In this document: positions 63,197 through 64,000 of the stretch, in pieces | Numbering within the stretch: the first letter of the stretch is position 1 | Layout: the number at the start of each line of letters is the position of its first letter | Source: Antechinus flavipes | Lineage: Eukaryota | DNA: 64,000 nucleotides | Assembly: GCF_016432865.1 (NCBI RefSeq) | Contig: NC_067404.1 | Span: 23,002,001 to 23,066,000, forward strand | Direction of reading: 5' to 3' | Program-made: the position numbers and the translations under genes | The notes under the pieces: generated by a model | Databases searched by the model: none | Told to the model about the DNA's origin: nothing | The model's input: only the letters and a program-made list of their open reading frames with translations

Positions 63197-64000
63197 CTGC
63201 TTGCACAAATGGATGTTAAATATGGGAGGAAGAGTTGCAGAGGAACTTATATTTGGAATTGACCATATTACAACAGGTGCTTCTAGTGACTTTGATAATG
63301 CTACTAAAATAGCAAAGTGAATGGTTACTCGATTTGGAATGAGTGAGAAGCTTGGAGTCATGACATATTCTGATACAGGGAAATTGAGTTCAGAAACTCA
63401 ATCTGCTGTTGAACAAGAAATAAGAATACTTTTGAGGTACCCATATGAACGAGCAAAAAACATTCTGAAGACACATGCAAAAGAACACAGGAATTTAGCT
63501 GAAGCTTTATTGATTTCTGAGACTTTGGATGTCAAAGAAATTCAAATTGTTCTTGAAGGAAAGAAACTGGAAGTGAGATGATAAAGCTCTTCTTATGGAT
63601 TCTTACCAGGTTTTATTTGCAAGAATGTAAATCTAGCAGTGCAGTAGTCTCCTTTTACAACAGCTTTTGTAGTCTGACTCAGTGCCCTATTGACTTTCTT
63701 ATAAAATTTTTGATGACTCTACATTGCACTGGCAATAGGGGGAGTGGTTATTGATTTTTGCCAAAGGTTTTGTTCATTTTTTAGAGAAATGAAGTTCATT
63801 TTATTATCCAAGTTTCCTGGGAGCCACAGCCCAGTAGAATGTATGTTTCCTGAACTCAGGAACTGGTTAACTTTTATCTCTACCCCTGATACCTCCCAGA
63901 GTGTGTTTGCAGAACAGAAACTTAGTGATACTTTTTCTTTATGAGTGAGGAGACTGGGGACATTGGTGATTCTGCCCATTTCTATAGCCCGAAACCAGGC
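63197..64000 (+). pseudogene. YME1L1: 5'-truncated processed pseudogene of YME1L1 (mitochondrial i-AAA protease; peptidase M41 C-terminus plus 3'UTR)
   Basis: Translates [67 protein letters not shown]...VLEGKKLEVR*, matching the recalled YME1L1 C-terminus. No introns; +1 frameshift at ~63218; TGA at 63318-63320; native stop at 63579-63581; 3'UTR-like sequence follows (right end not defined). Confidence 0.93.

Overview
Mammalian, almost certainly marsupial (probably dasyurid-like, judged from L1 and SINE content), repeat-dense intronic or intergenic DNA with four assembly gaps. No intact protein-coding gene or host gene could be identified. The window holds two young 5'-truncated LINE-1 copies with intact TSDs, many older L1/L2/CR1/RTE fragments, CORE-SINEs, Charlie-type MITEs, two solo LTRs and a disabled YME1L1 processed pseudogene at the right edge. 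The most notable structure is a ~1.9-kb block (12279-14174) made of an inverted ~99.6% copy of upstream sequence 6698-8353 joined directly to an inverted copy of downstream sequence 15148-15388. The block therefore equals the reverse complement of the junction of a circle (or tandem duplication) spanning its own locus. Identities and mismatch counts were made by eye and TE family names come from recalled consensus sequences.
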